A DNA stretch of 64,000 bases from contig CAWFGO010000003.1 in the NCBI GenBank assembly GCA_963815455.1, positions 480,001 through 544,000 on the forward strand, given 5' to 3'. Shown piece by piece: positions 11,006-19,155 of the stretch. The notes beneath the pieces are model-generated. The model did no database searches and was not told the DNA's origin. It saw only the letters and a list, made by a program, of their open reading frames with translations. The first letter of the stretch is position 1. Each line of letters begins with the position of its first letter. A program made the translations under genes and the position numbers. The DNA comes from an uncultured Verrucomicrobiae bacterium (GTDB taxonomy: Bacteria > Verrucomicrobiota > Verrucomicrobiia > Chthoniobacterales > UBA10450).

Positions 11006-11245
11006 CTATCTGTCCAATCTGTCGAGTTCATCCCGACCGCATCCCGTCTTGTAATAACGCTCCTTTCGCTCAGCATCCGTTCGGGTTGCGAAACTTTCCG
11101 TGTGCAAAACGATTCACGGGACACCATGCCGTGTTGCTTTTGAGTGACCAGCATTGTGGCGACGAACCCTCTCGTCCACGTCTTCGCATGATCCAACATA
11201 GCGCCGGCCGGTCTTCCTATTTCGCAAGACGTAGACATGAAACAT
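11006..11245 (-). pseudogene. Stand-alone GIY-YIG endonuclease with an in-frame TGA at the conserved Trp
   Basis: MFHVYVLRNRKTGRRYVGSCEDVDERVRRHNAGHSKATRHGVP*IVLHTESFATRTDAERKERYYKTGCGRDELDRLDR. Confidence 0.85.
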
Positions 11246-11274
11246 AGCGACAGTTGTTAGCCTCGCTTTTGACA

Positions 11275-11348
11275 TCGGGCTGGCGGGATTTGAACCCACG
11301 ACCTCTTGAACCCCATTCAAGCGTTCTACCAAGCTGAACTACAGCCCG
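11275..11348 (-). tRNA. tRNA-Pro(GGG)
   Basis: CGGGCTGTAGTTCAGCTTGGTAGAACGCTTGAATGGGGTTCAAGAGGTCGTGGGTTCAAATCCCGCCAGCCCGA folds as a cloverleaf; anticodon GGG; CCA not encoded. Confidence 0.95.
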
Positions 11349-11398
11349 CGAGTTGGTTGCGAACTATTCACTAAATCAAGAAGATCGCCAGTCTCCCT

Positions 11399-11465
11399 TG
11401 TAGCGGCGCTCTCCGAGCGTCGCGCTATTCGATCCAATTTGCGACGGTCGGAGACCGCCGCTACA
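11399..11465. repeat. GTAG REP doublet (REPIN-like), RAYT-cognate family
   Basis: TGTAGCGGCGCTCTCCGAGCGTCGC ... GCGACGGTCGGAGACCGCCGCTACA. Confidence 0.9.
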
Positions 11466-11472
11466 GAGGAAG

Positions 11473-12594
11473 ATGTTTAGCGCCGGAATCGTTGGTTTGC
11501 CCAATGTCGGCAAGTCCACCTTGTTCAATGCCGTTACTCGCACGCATAAAGCGCCGGCGGAGAACTATCCCTTTTGCACGATTGAGCCCAATGTCGGCGT
11601 AGTTGTCGTGCCCGACCCGCGACTGGCGAAGCTCGGCGAGATGTCGCACTCGCAAAAAATTGTGCCGACGGCGATCGAGTTTGTCGATATTGCCGGTTTG
11701 GTCAAAGGCGCGAGTGCCGGTGAAGGACTCGGCAACCAATTCCTCAGCCACATTCGCGAAGTGGACGCGATCGTGCAGGTGGTGCGCTGCTTTGAAAGCG
11801 CGGATATTCATCATGTCGCCGGCACAATCGATCCGGTCCGCGACATCGAGGTGATCAACACCGAGCTGGTGCTGGCCGATTTGGCCGCGCTTCAAAAGCG
11901 GCAGCATCGAGTGCAAAAGGAAGTTCGAGCCGGCGAGAAGGGAGCGAAAATCGAGAGCGCGATCGTCGAGAAACTGTTGCCGCATCTGGACGCAGGAAAG
12001 CCGGCAATCACGCTCGATCTTTCGCCTGAAGAAAAAATTGTGGCGCGCGAATTCTTCCTGCTGACCTCAAAACCGACACTCTTCGCCTGCAACGTTGCAG
12101 AAGCAGATCTCGCTGTAGCCGCGGGCGCCGACCGCGGCAGCGCTGCGCAACATCTCGCCGCGGTGCAGGATTACGCGCGACATCATTTTGGAACTGAGGC
12201 TGTGGTGATCAGCGCCCAAATTGAGAGCGAACTGGTCGATCTCGGTGAAGAGGAAGCGCGCGAATATTTGCGCGGGCTCGGGGTCGAGGACAGCGGCGTC
12301 AACGCACTGATCCGGGCGGTCTATCACCTGCTTGGATTACGCACCTATCTTACGACCGGTGAAAAGGAAACGCGGGCCTGGACGATTCACGCGGGCGACA
12401 AGGCGCCAGCCGCGGCGGGGGTGATCCATTCCGATTTCGAACGCGGGTTCATCGCCGCGGAAACGATCCACTACGACGAGCTGGTCGCGTTGGGTTCGTT
12501 CGCTAAGGCCCGCGACGCCGGCAAACTTCGCATCGAAGGCAAGGATTACGAAGTCCGCGACGGCGACGTGATCACGTTCCGGTTTAACGTCTAA
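11473..12594 (+). CDS. ychF: Redox-regulated ATPase YchF
   Basis: [45 protein letters not shown]. Confidence 0.96.
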   Translation: MFSAGIVGLPNVGKSTLFNAVTRTHKAPAENYPFCTIEPNVGVVVVPDPRLAKLGEMSHSQKIVPTAIEFVDIAGLVKGASAGEGLGNQFLSHIREVDAIVQVVRCFESADIHHVAGTIDPVRDIEVINTELVLADLAALQKRQHRVQKEVRAGEKGAKIESAIVEKLLPHLDAGKPAITLDLSPEEKIVAREFFLLTSKPTLFACNVAEADLAVAAGADRGSAAQHLAAVQDYARHHFGTEAVVISAQIESELVDLGEEEAREYLRGLGVEDSGVNALIRAVYHLLGLRTYLTTGEKETRAWTIHAGDKAPAAAGVIHSDFERGFIAAETIHYDELVALGSFAKARDAGKLRIEGKDYEVRDGDVITFRFNV

Positions 12595-12605
12595 CCGCGA
12601 CGCAA

Positions 12606-12697
12606 GTCATCCCGAGCGAAGTCGAGGGATCCCGTGGAACTATCTTTGCGTCATGCATCGGGATTCCTCGACTTCGCTTCGCTCCGCTCAGAATGAC
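12606..12697. repeat. GTCAT...ATGAC palindromic repeat between convergent genes
   Basis: gtcatcccgagcgaagtcgagggatccc ... gggattcctcgacttcgct...cagaatgac. Confidence 0.85.
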
Positions 12698-13428
12698 ACC
12701 GCTGTGGCCAGCGATGTCGATCCTACTCGGCCAGGTAAGAGAATCCGGCCGCAGTTTTCGCAACTCACGATCTCCTTGCCGCCTTTGACGGCTGCCGCTG
12801 TGGCAGTGGTCACTTTCATATGGCAACCGGTGCAAACTCCATGTTCCACCCCGACAACTGCCGCATCGCCTTTGCTGTTAAAAAGGCGCTCGAAACGGCC
12901 AAGCACATCTTCGTCGATCTGCCCGGCCAGATCCGCGCGTTCTTTGGTCAATTCACCCAGACGCGACTCCAGAGCCTTTGATTTTTCATCGAGATCTTTC
13001 ATTTGCCGGCTGAGTGAGTCTTTCAGAGTGCCGGCTTTGGCTTCTTCGCTGCTGAGTTCGGCTTTCACTTTGTCGGCTTGCAGCATGAACTCGAGTTCCT
13101 CGTCCTCGATCTTACGAATTTCACTTTCGTAGCGCTCGATCTCATGGCCGATGGCCTGGAACTCATCGTTCTTGCGCGTTTGATATTGCTGGGTCTTGAG
13201 CCGGGCGATGCTTTCGGTGCGGGTGCCCACATCGAGCTCCAGCTTCTTGCGATCGACTTCGATCTGGCGGCCTTTCTGCCTCAGCGCCTCGACACCGGCT
13301 ATGCTCGCCGCCAGTTGGGCTTCAACACTTTTGCGCTGCAACGGCACCGTGGCGATTTCATTTTGGATCTGCCTGATCTTTTGTTGTCGATCCTGGAGAA
13401 CGAGGAGTTGTTCCAATTCCGAATGCAC
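12688..13428 (-). CDS. Coiled-coil protein with C4 zinc ribbon (CT398/HP0958-like)
   Basis: Long coiled coil, then CTGCHM...CENCGRIL; true stop probably near 12723 (1-nt indel). Confidence 0.85.
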   Translation of the reverse strand: MHSELEQLLVLQDRQQKIRQIQNEIATVPLQRKSVEAQLAASIAGVEALRQKGRQIEVDRKKLELDVGTRTESIARLKTQQYQTRKNDEFQAIGHEIERYESEIRKIEDEELEFMLQADKVKAELSSEEAKAGTLKDSLSRQMKDLDEKSKALESRLGELTKERADLAGQIDEDVLGRFERLFNSKGDAAVVGVEHGVCTGCHMKVTTATAAAVKGGKEIVSCENCGRILLPGRVGSTSLATAVSF

Positions 13429-13493
13429 GCGGGCTGAAGGTATTGGCTCGGCGATGCGCCGTCAATCACCGCGCGAATCTTCGGCCAGCTCCT

Positions 13494-14288
13494 TCAGCGA
13501 ACCGGGGATGACTTCATCTCATCGAACGCCGCCAGAGCCTGCTCGGGACGCGCTCGCACCGCGATGCTTTCAGTCAGATTCACCCAGCGCACCGTTCCTG
13601 ATGAGTCGATGAGAAACTCCGCCGGACGGGCAATGTCGGAGCCTTTCGGTCCGGCCCCGGCGTGCAGCAAGTCATACCGCCGAGTCACTTCCGCTTTTTC
13701 GTCGGATAAGAAGCTAAAGGTGAAACCCATTTGCTTCGTATGCCGCCGATTGATTTCGGGCGAATCAACGCTGATTGCCACCACTCGGATCCCGCGCGAT
13801 TCGAAATCGGCAAGCTTTTGCTGAAAACCCCGCAACTCGGAGTTGCAGAAGGGTCACCAGAATCCGCGATAAAAAATCAGCACCACTGCGTTCGATCCGG
13901 AAACCAGATCGGCCAACGCCACGGGCTTGTCGTCTTTATCCGGCAGAGTGAAATCCGGTGCCTTTTGCCCGACCCGCGGTGCGCCGTTCGAGGACGGGAT
14001 TTGGCGCGCCGCGTAAAAGGAGCCGTAGGCAAAAAGGGCGAAGCTACACAGACTCAGTACGGCAAAGATCGATCCAAAAATCTTGCCGCGATAAATTTTC
14101 GGTTTTCCAAAAGCGCGAACCAGGCCGGTGATCAGCAAGAGTCCACCGGTCGCGAAAAGGAGCAGATTGGCCCAGGGAAAATCGCGCGTGACCGGGAAAA
14201 GAATAAAGAGCGGGAAACTAAAAAGGCCTGCCAGCACGAGCAGAAAACCAATCCAAACCGCCGAGTTCCAGTTTCGCTTCGTGCCCAT
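13494..14288 (-). CDS. Membrane-anchored peroxiredoxin-like (AhpC/TSA) protein, probable selenoprotein (UPFC)
   Basis: ORFs 13854-14306 and 13494-13835 are in one frame, joined by TGA: APDFTLPD...FYRGFW-U-PFCNSEL; about 3 N-terminal TM helices. Confidence 0.8.
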
Positions 14289-14362
14289 GCTCATGCTCGT
14301 GATCATAATCGTAATCGAAATTCAAAAACAGTGTCGAGAACGGATTCACGCCGCATTTCGTC

Positions 14363-14465
14363 GTCATTCTGCAGCGAAGCGAAACGAAGTGGAGCGCAGT
14401 CGAGGAATCCCGCTCAGCAACCTCCACGTAACGCCTCGGGATCCCTCGACTTCGCTCGGGATGAC
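14363..14465. repeat. GTCAT...ATGAC palindromic repeat
   Basis: gtcattctg...agtcgaggaatccc ... gggatccctcgacttcgctcgggatgac. Confidence 0.85.
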
Positions 14466-14534
14466 GAGAGCTGCGAAAACGTCCACGGCAAAAGGCGCTT
14501 GCGCTTTGCACGCGTTTTCTAAAAGCTCTGCGCA

Positions 14535-16910
14535 ATGGCGATTGCCGATCCCGCAAACCCGCCGAACGAATATCCAGACATCGTCGGCGCGAAACCGACC
14601 AATCCGCTGGCAGCCAATTTCAAACCGTTCATTCCGGCGTCGGTCCAATTGCCTGAGCTGACCTGGCCGCACCTGATTACGGGCACACTGTTGGGCATCC
14701 TTTTCGGCGCTTCATCACTTTACCTTGTGCTCAAAGTGGGGCTGACCGTCAGCGCTTCCATTCCGGTCGCGGTCATTTCAATCACGATCTTCCGCAGCCT
14801 CTCGAAATTGTTCAAAATCCCGGACGCTAACATTCTCCAGCACAACATCGTCCAAACCGCCGGTTCAGCCGGCGAATCGATCGCTTTCGGGCTGGGGGTG
14901 ACGATGCCGGCGATCATGATCCTCGGGTTCGATCTGGAAATCACGCGGGTGATGCTGGTCTCTGTTCTCGGCGGTTTACTCGGCATTCTGATGATGATCC
15001 CGCTGCGACGCGCGCTGATTGTCGATCAGCACGGCATTTTGAAATACCCCGAAGGCACGGCCTGCGCTGAGGTGCTAAAAGCTGCCGCCAGCAAGGAAAC
15101 GCTGGCCGTCTCCGACAAGACCCATACGACTCCGGACGCCGAGATTGTGAATGAAGAAGCCGCCGGCGGAGGAAAAATCATTTTTGGCGGTTTCGGCCTC
15201 GGCTTGATTTACTACGCGATTGAACGGGCGTTTTACGGCTGGAAGGAGATTCCGGAAAAGATTTTTGGTGCGCCGTTCAAAGGCGGATCGGTCGGCATCG
15301 AGATCAATCCAGCATTGTTAGGCGTGGGCTACATCATAGGCCCGCGCATCGCGTCCCTGATGTGCGCGGGAGGTGTGCTCTCCTACCTCGTCCTGATTCC
15401 GGCGATCAAGTTTTTCGGCGACCATATCCCGGGCACGCTTGCTCCGGGCAACATGCCGATCGCCGACATGACGCCGGACGACGTCCGGGACGCCTATGTG
15501 CTTTACGTCGGGGCTGGAGCGGTAGCGGCCGGTGGCATCATTAGCTTGTTTCGATCGCTGCCGACGATTTGGCACGGCATGAAAGGCGGAATGCGAGATT
15601 TGTTAGGTCAACATGGGCCGCGTGACGGCGGATTGCGAACGGATCGAGATTTGTCAATGCGCTTCGTGATCATCGGCTGTCTGGCGATCATCGCCGTCAT
15701 TATGGTCGTGCCGCAACTGCATCTCCAATGGAATTTGCTAGGGGCCCTGCTGATCGTCATTTTTGGATTTATTTTCGTCACCGTCTCTTCCCGGCTCACC
15801 GGAGAGATCGGCTCGTCTTCGACTCCCACTTCGGGAATGACAGTGGCGACGCTGCTGCTCACCTGTCTGGTGTTCCTGATTGTTGGCTGGACAGCGCCAC
15901 ACTATTACGTCACCGCGCTTTCCATCGGCGCGATTGTTTGCATCGCTAATTCCAATGGCGGTACGACATCTCAGGATCTAAAAACCGGGTTTCTGGTCGG
16001 CTCGACACCGAAGGCGCAACAGATTGCCATTCTGTTTGGCACGCTCGCATCCGCGCTGGTGCTCGGTTATGTCCTCCTGCTGCTGAACAACGGGAACACG
16101 GTCTACGTTCCCGTTCCGGCGACTACCGGGCTTGTGGCGCCGGCAAACGAACTTGGCGGGACCGAGAAGCTTCGCGGGTTGCAAGCGGTCTCGGATCCAA
16201 AAAGCTATCGTGTCTGGCAGCGATCCGATCCGAGCGGTGGGTCCGCCCAGCGCTATCTCGTGAACGAACGAGGCGTCCCAGTTTATCTGGTCGATCCCGG
16301 AATTAACGGCACGCATAAGTTCCGACCGGACGGTTCGAGCGTAATTAAATTCGGCGCCCCGAAAGCGACCTTGATGTCGTATATCATTAAGGGAATCCTC
16401 AGCCGCAAACTGCCGTGGACCCTGGTCTTGTTAGGCGCGATGATCGCGATCGTCCTGGAGATGAGTGGCATTCCCTCCCTCGCCTTCGCCGTAGGCGTTT
16501 ACCTGCCACTTTCGTCCTCCAGCCCAATTTGGGTTGGCGGGATGATGCGCTGGCTGGTCGATCGTTATCTAAAGGTAAAATTCCGTCACAAGAATCTTTC
16601 CGAACTTGAGCTTACCGCTGAGGGCGACAAGGGTCCGGGTGTCTTGCTCGCTTCCGGTTATATTGCCGGTGGCGCGCTTGCCGGCATCGTCATTGCCTTT
16701 ATGCAAGGATTCCCCGGCCATTTTGGCGAACGTTTGGCCGGATTCGGCAAGACGGTCGAAGATTGGTCCAACGCTCACAATCCTTTCTTCAACGGCGCAT
16801 ATGCCGACCTGCTCGCCTGCATCCCGTTTCTTGGGTTGTGCGTTTTACTCTACCTGGTCGGCCGCGACAGATTACTGGCGGTCAGACCGGCTCACGGAAA
16901 ACTCGAATAA
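14535..16910 (+). CDS. OPT family oligopeptide transporter
   Basis: LKVGLTVSASIP, NIVQTAGSAG, YPEGTACAEVL, QDLKTGFLVG, APKATLM. Confidence 0.93.
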   Translation: MAIADPANPPNEYPDIVGAKPTNPLAANFKPFIPASVQLPELTWPHLITGTLLGILFGASSLYLVLKVGLTVSASIPVAVISITIFRSLSKLFKIPDANILQHNIVQTAGSAGESIAFGLGVTMPAIMILGFDLEITRVMLVSVLGGLLGILMMIPLRRALIVDQHGILKYPEGTACAEVLKAAASKETLAVSDKTHTTPDAEIVNEEAAGGGKIIFGGFGLGLIYYAIERAFYGWKEIPEKIFGAPFKGGSVGIEINPALLGVGYIIGPRIASLMCAGGVLSYLVLIPAIKFFGDHIPGTLAPGNMPIADMTPDDVRDAYVLYVGAGAVAAGGIISLFRSLPTIWHGMKGGMRDLLGQHGPRDGGLRTDRDLSMRFVIIGCLAIIAVIMVVPQLHLQWNLLGALLIVIFGFIFVTVSSRLTGEIGSSSTPTSGMTVATLLLTCLVFLIVGWTAPHYYVTALSIGAIVCIANSNGGTTSQDLKTGFLVGSTPKAQQIAILFGTLASALVLGYVLLLLNNGNTVYVPVPATTGLVAPANELGGTEKLRGLQAVSDPKSYRVWQRSDPSGGSAQRYLVNERGVPVYLVDPGINGTHKFRPDGSSVIKFGAPKATLMSYIIKGILSRKLPWTLVLLGAMIAIVLEMSGIPSLAFAVGVYLPLSSSSPIWVGGMMRWLVDRYLKVKFRHKNLSELELTAEGDKGPGVLLASGYIAGGALAGIVIAFMQGFPGHFGERLAGFGKTVEDWSNAHNPFFNGAYADLLACIPFLGLCVLLYLVGRDRLLAVRPAHGKLE

Positions 16911-16914
16911 CGTT

Positions 16915-18921
16915 TTACGTCGATCTTGCCGCAGCCATCGACAAGATCCAGCGATACAGCACTAAGGCAATCACTGCGAAAGCCAGGCCGCCGATGATGA
17001 TCCCGGCAGTTTCAAAGCCCGGCCCGACTAGTGCCAGCGGCGCTCCTTTTCCGGAGAAGACGACGATCGCGGAAATCACGACGCCGATGATGCTTTCACC
17101 CACAATCAAGCCGGACGCCAGCAATACGCCGAGTTGTTCCGTCGCTTCCGGCTTCGGCGTGCGAGCGGCACGTTTGGAGAAAAGCCAGCCAACAATCGCA
17201 CCGACCACGATCATGAGCGTACTGGACGTTGGCAGATAAATCCCGAGGCCGACGGCGAGCGGCGGAACACGCAAGTGCTTTGTGAAGCGAGTGAGGACTT
17301 CATTGAGAACAATGATGCCTGCGCCAATCCATGCGCCGATTCGGATCAAGCTCCAATCGATGTCACCGGCAATGACGCCTTGCGCGAGAGAAGAAATCAG
17401 CCCGGCCTGCGGCGCGGGCAATGGATTGGGGCGCAGTTCGGCTCCGGGCGCGCCCACGAAACCGTAGGCGTGGTTTACCAGATCGAGCACTGGCGGAATC
17501 ACGAACGCGCCTGCGATTACGCCGATCACCAGCGCCACCTGCTGTTTCCATGGCGTGGCATCGACCAACTGCCCGGTCTTTAGATCCTGCAGGTTATTGT
17601 TTGCAATAGAAGCGACATTGAAGACTACGGCAGTGGTAAAAAGAGCGAATGCCATGAGCGCCTTGCTCGCATCGGGACCAACGTAGGGCTTAACGCCTAG
17701 CACGAGCAACAACGCAGCCCCGATCACCACCAAAATACCAATCCCCGATAGCGGGCTGTTTGAGGAACCGATCAGGCCCGCCATATAACCGGTGACCGCT
17801 GAGACGAAAAAACTCATGACGACGACATAGGCAAGACCGCCGATGACGAGAATTGTGAGATGCCCGCCGAGTCCGCTCGAATTACCAAAGTAACCGAGCA
17901 ACCAACCGATTGGCGCCATACAAACCAGGGTGATCACGGCAACGATCCCGATTGGGATATCGCGCTCGGTGATTGGCAGCGTATCGGCCTTCCCGGCCTT
18001 GCGCGCGCGCGAGGCTGCCATCGCGCCGGCGAGACCTTGGGCAACGGGTTTGACCAGCTTGAGCAACGTCCAGATCGCCGAGACGCCAATTGCGCCCGCG
18101 CCGACAAAACGGACTTTATGACTCCAGGTACTCTGCGCGAGTTGCGCCGCCGCAGTGGTAAGGTCCCCGGCGATTGCCGAATAATGCGGGACACCCCAGC
18201 CCCAACCGATTATCGCTCCAATCAGCATCGCGATTCCGACAGATAATCCGACCAAATGGCCGATGCCGAGCAACGCGAACGACAGGAAGAAATCGTAGCC
18301 GCTCACTGCGCCGCGCCGGCCGATTCGAAAAGTCTGCGCCACGTCGGCGGCAAACAGTTGCGTTGCGACAATCACAGCAAATACCGCTGATACAATCGAT
18401 CCCCATAAAACCGCGAGCAGACCGGCGCGGCCATGTTCGATATCGGCGGCATGGACCGAGTCTCCGGTGCTGCCAACCTTCAACACTTCGGCACATGCGA
18501 CACCTTCGGGATACGGCAGGTCGGAGTTTGTTACCAAAGCGCGCCGAAGCGGGATCGAATACATCACGCCGAGGATTCCCCCGAGTGCGCAGATCCAAAA
18601 CGACGTCCAGAACGGAAATTCCGTCCAGTATCCGATCATGATCAGCCCCGGCAGGACGAAGATGATTGCCGAAAGAGTGCCCGCGGCGGATGCGACCGTC
18701 TGCACAATGTTGTTTTCCTGGATCGTTGCCCCGCGAAAACTGCGCAGAATCGCCATCGAAATCACCGCCGCCGGGATCGAAGTGGAGAAAGTAAGACCGG
18801 CCTTGAGGCCGAAGTAGACATTCGCCGCAGTGAATACCACGGTAATGAAGACGCCAATAATCATGCCGCGAATGGTGAGTTCCGCGGGCGAACTGGCAGG
18901 GGTTTGTTGGTTGGCGTTCAC
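16915..18921 (-). CDS. OPT family oligopeptide transporter
   Basis: GLKAGLTFSTSIP, ENNIVQT, YPEGVACAEVL, LQDLKTGQLV, APQA. Confidence 0.93.
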   Translation of the reverse strand: MNANQQTPASSPAELTIRGMIIGVFITVVFTAANVYFGLKAGLTFSTSIPAAVISMAILRSFRGATIQENNIVQTVASAAGTLSAIIFVLPGLIMIGYWTEFPFWTSFWICALGGILGVMYSIPLRRALVTNSDLPYPEGVACAEVLKVGSTGDSVHAADIEHGRAGLLAVLWGSIVSAVFAVIVATQLFAADVAQTFRIGRRGAVSGYDFFLSFALLGIGHLVGLSVGIAMLIGAIIGWGWGVPHYSAIAGDLTTAAAQLAQSTWSHKVRFVGAGAIGVSAIWTLLKLVKPVAQGLAGAMAASRARKAGKADTLPITERDIPIGIVAVITLVCMAPIGWLLGYFGNSSGLGGHLTILVIGGLAYVVVMSFFVSAVTGYMAGLIGSSNSPLSGIGILVVIGAALLLVLGVKPYVGPDASKALMAFALFTTAVVFNVASIANNNLQDLKTGQLVDATPWKQQVALVIGVIAGAFVIPPVLDLVNHAYGFVGAPGAELRPNPLPAPQAGLISSLAQGVIAGDIDWSLIRIGAWIGAGIIVLNEVLTRFTKHLRVPPLAVGLGIYLPTSSTLMIVVGAIVGWLFSKRAARTPKPEATEQLGVLLASGLIVGESIIGVVISAIVVFSGKGAPLALVGPGFETAGIIIGGLAFAVIALVLYRWILSMAAARST

Positions 18922-19155
18922 GATGTGATCTCCTTGGGTTTAGAAATAATGAGCGGTCTGCACTCTGCCCGACCGATTGAGAGCGGAGGATAATGTGAAA
19001 TCGCGGAAAGGGTCAAGACAGCGTCACTCCATTCGGAGCGCTGGCTAATCCTGCCCGAGGCCAACCGCCGCCCCGTTCCTACCACAAGATTTGTCGTAAC
19101 AAGCTTGGACTGAACCGCTGCGTGATAATATGTTCGTCGCCTTCACGTCCGAATA

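Noticed and set aside
10990..11332. Long ORF starts at 11238 and 11332
   Set aside because: They run through the GIY-YIG gene in another frame and through the tRNA, respectively; the real starts are 10989 and 11245.
10410..11348. Prophage or integrase island bounded by attL/attR
   Set aside because: Under 1 kb, with no integrase or phage genes; the arm replacement is not explained by simple att duplication.
12688..12725. Zinc-ribbon gene using a stop codon donated by the palindromic repeat
   Set aside because: A one-base correction gives CGRILYLAE* ending at 12723, before the repeat.
11114..13856. UGA reassigned to Trp (alternative genetic code)
   Set aside because: Many genes (glnB, glnA, vapC) end normally in TGA, and the two in-frame TGAs align to different residues (Trp versus Cys).
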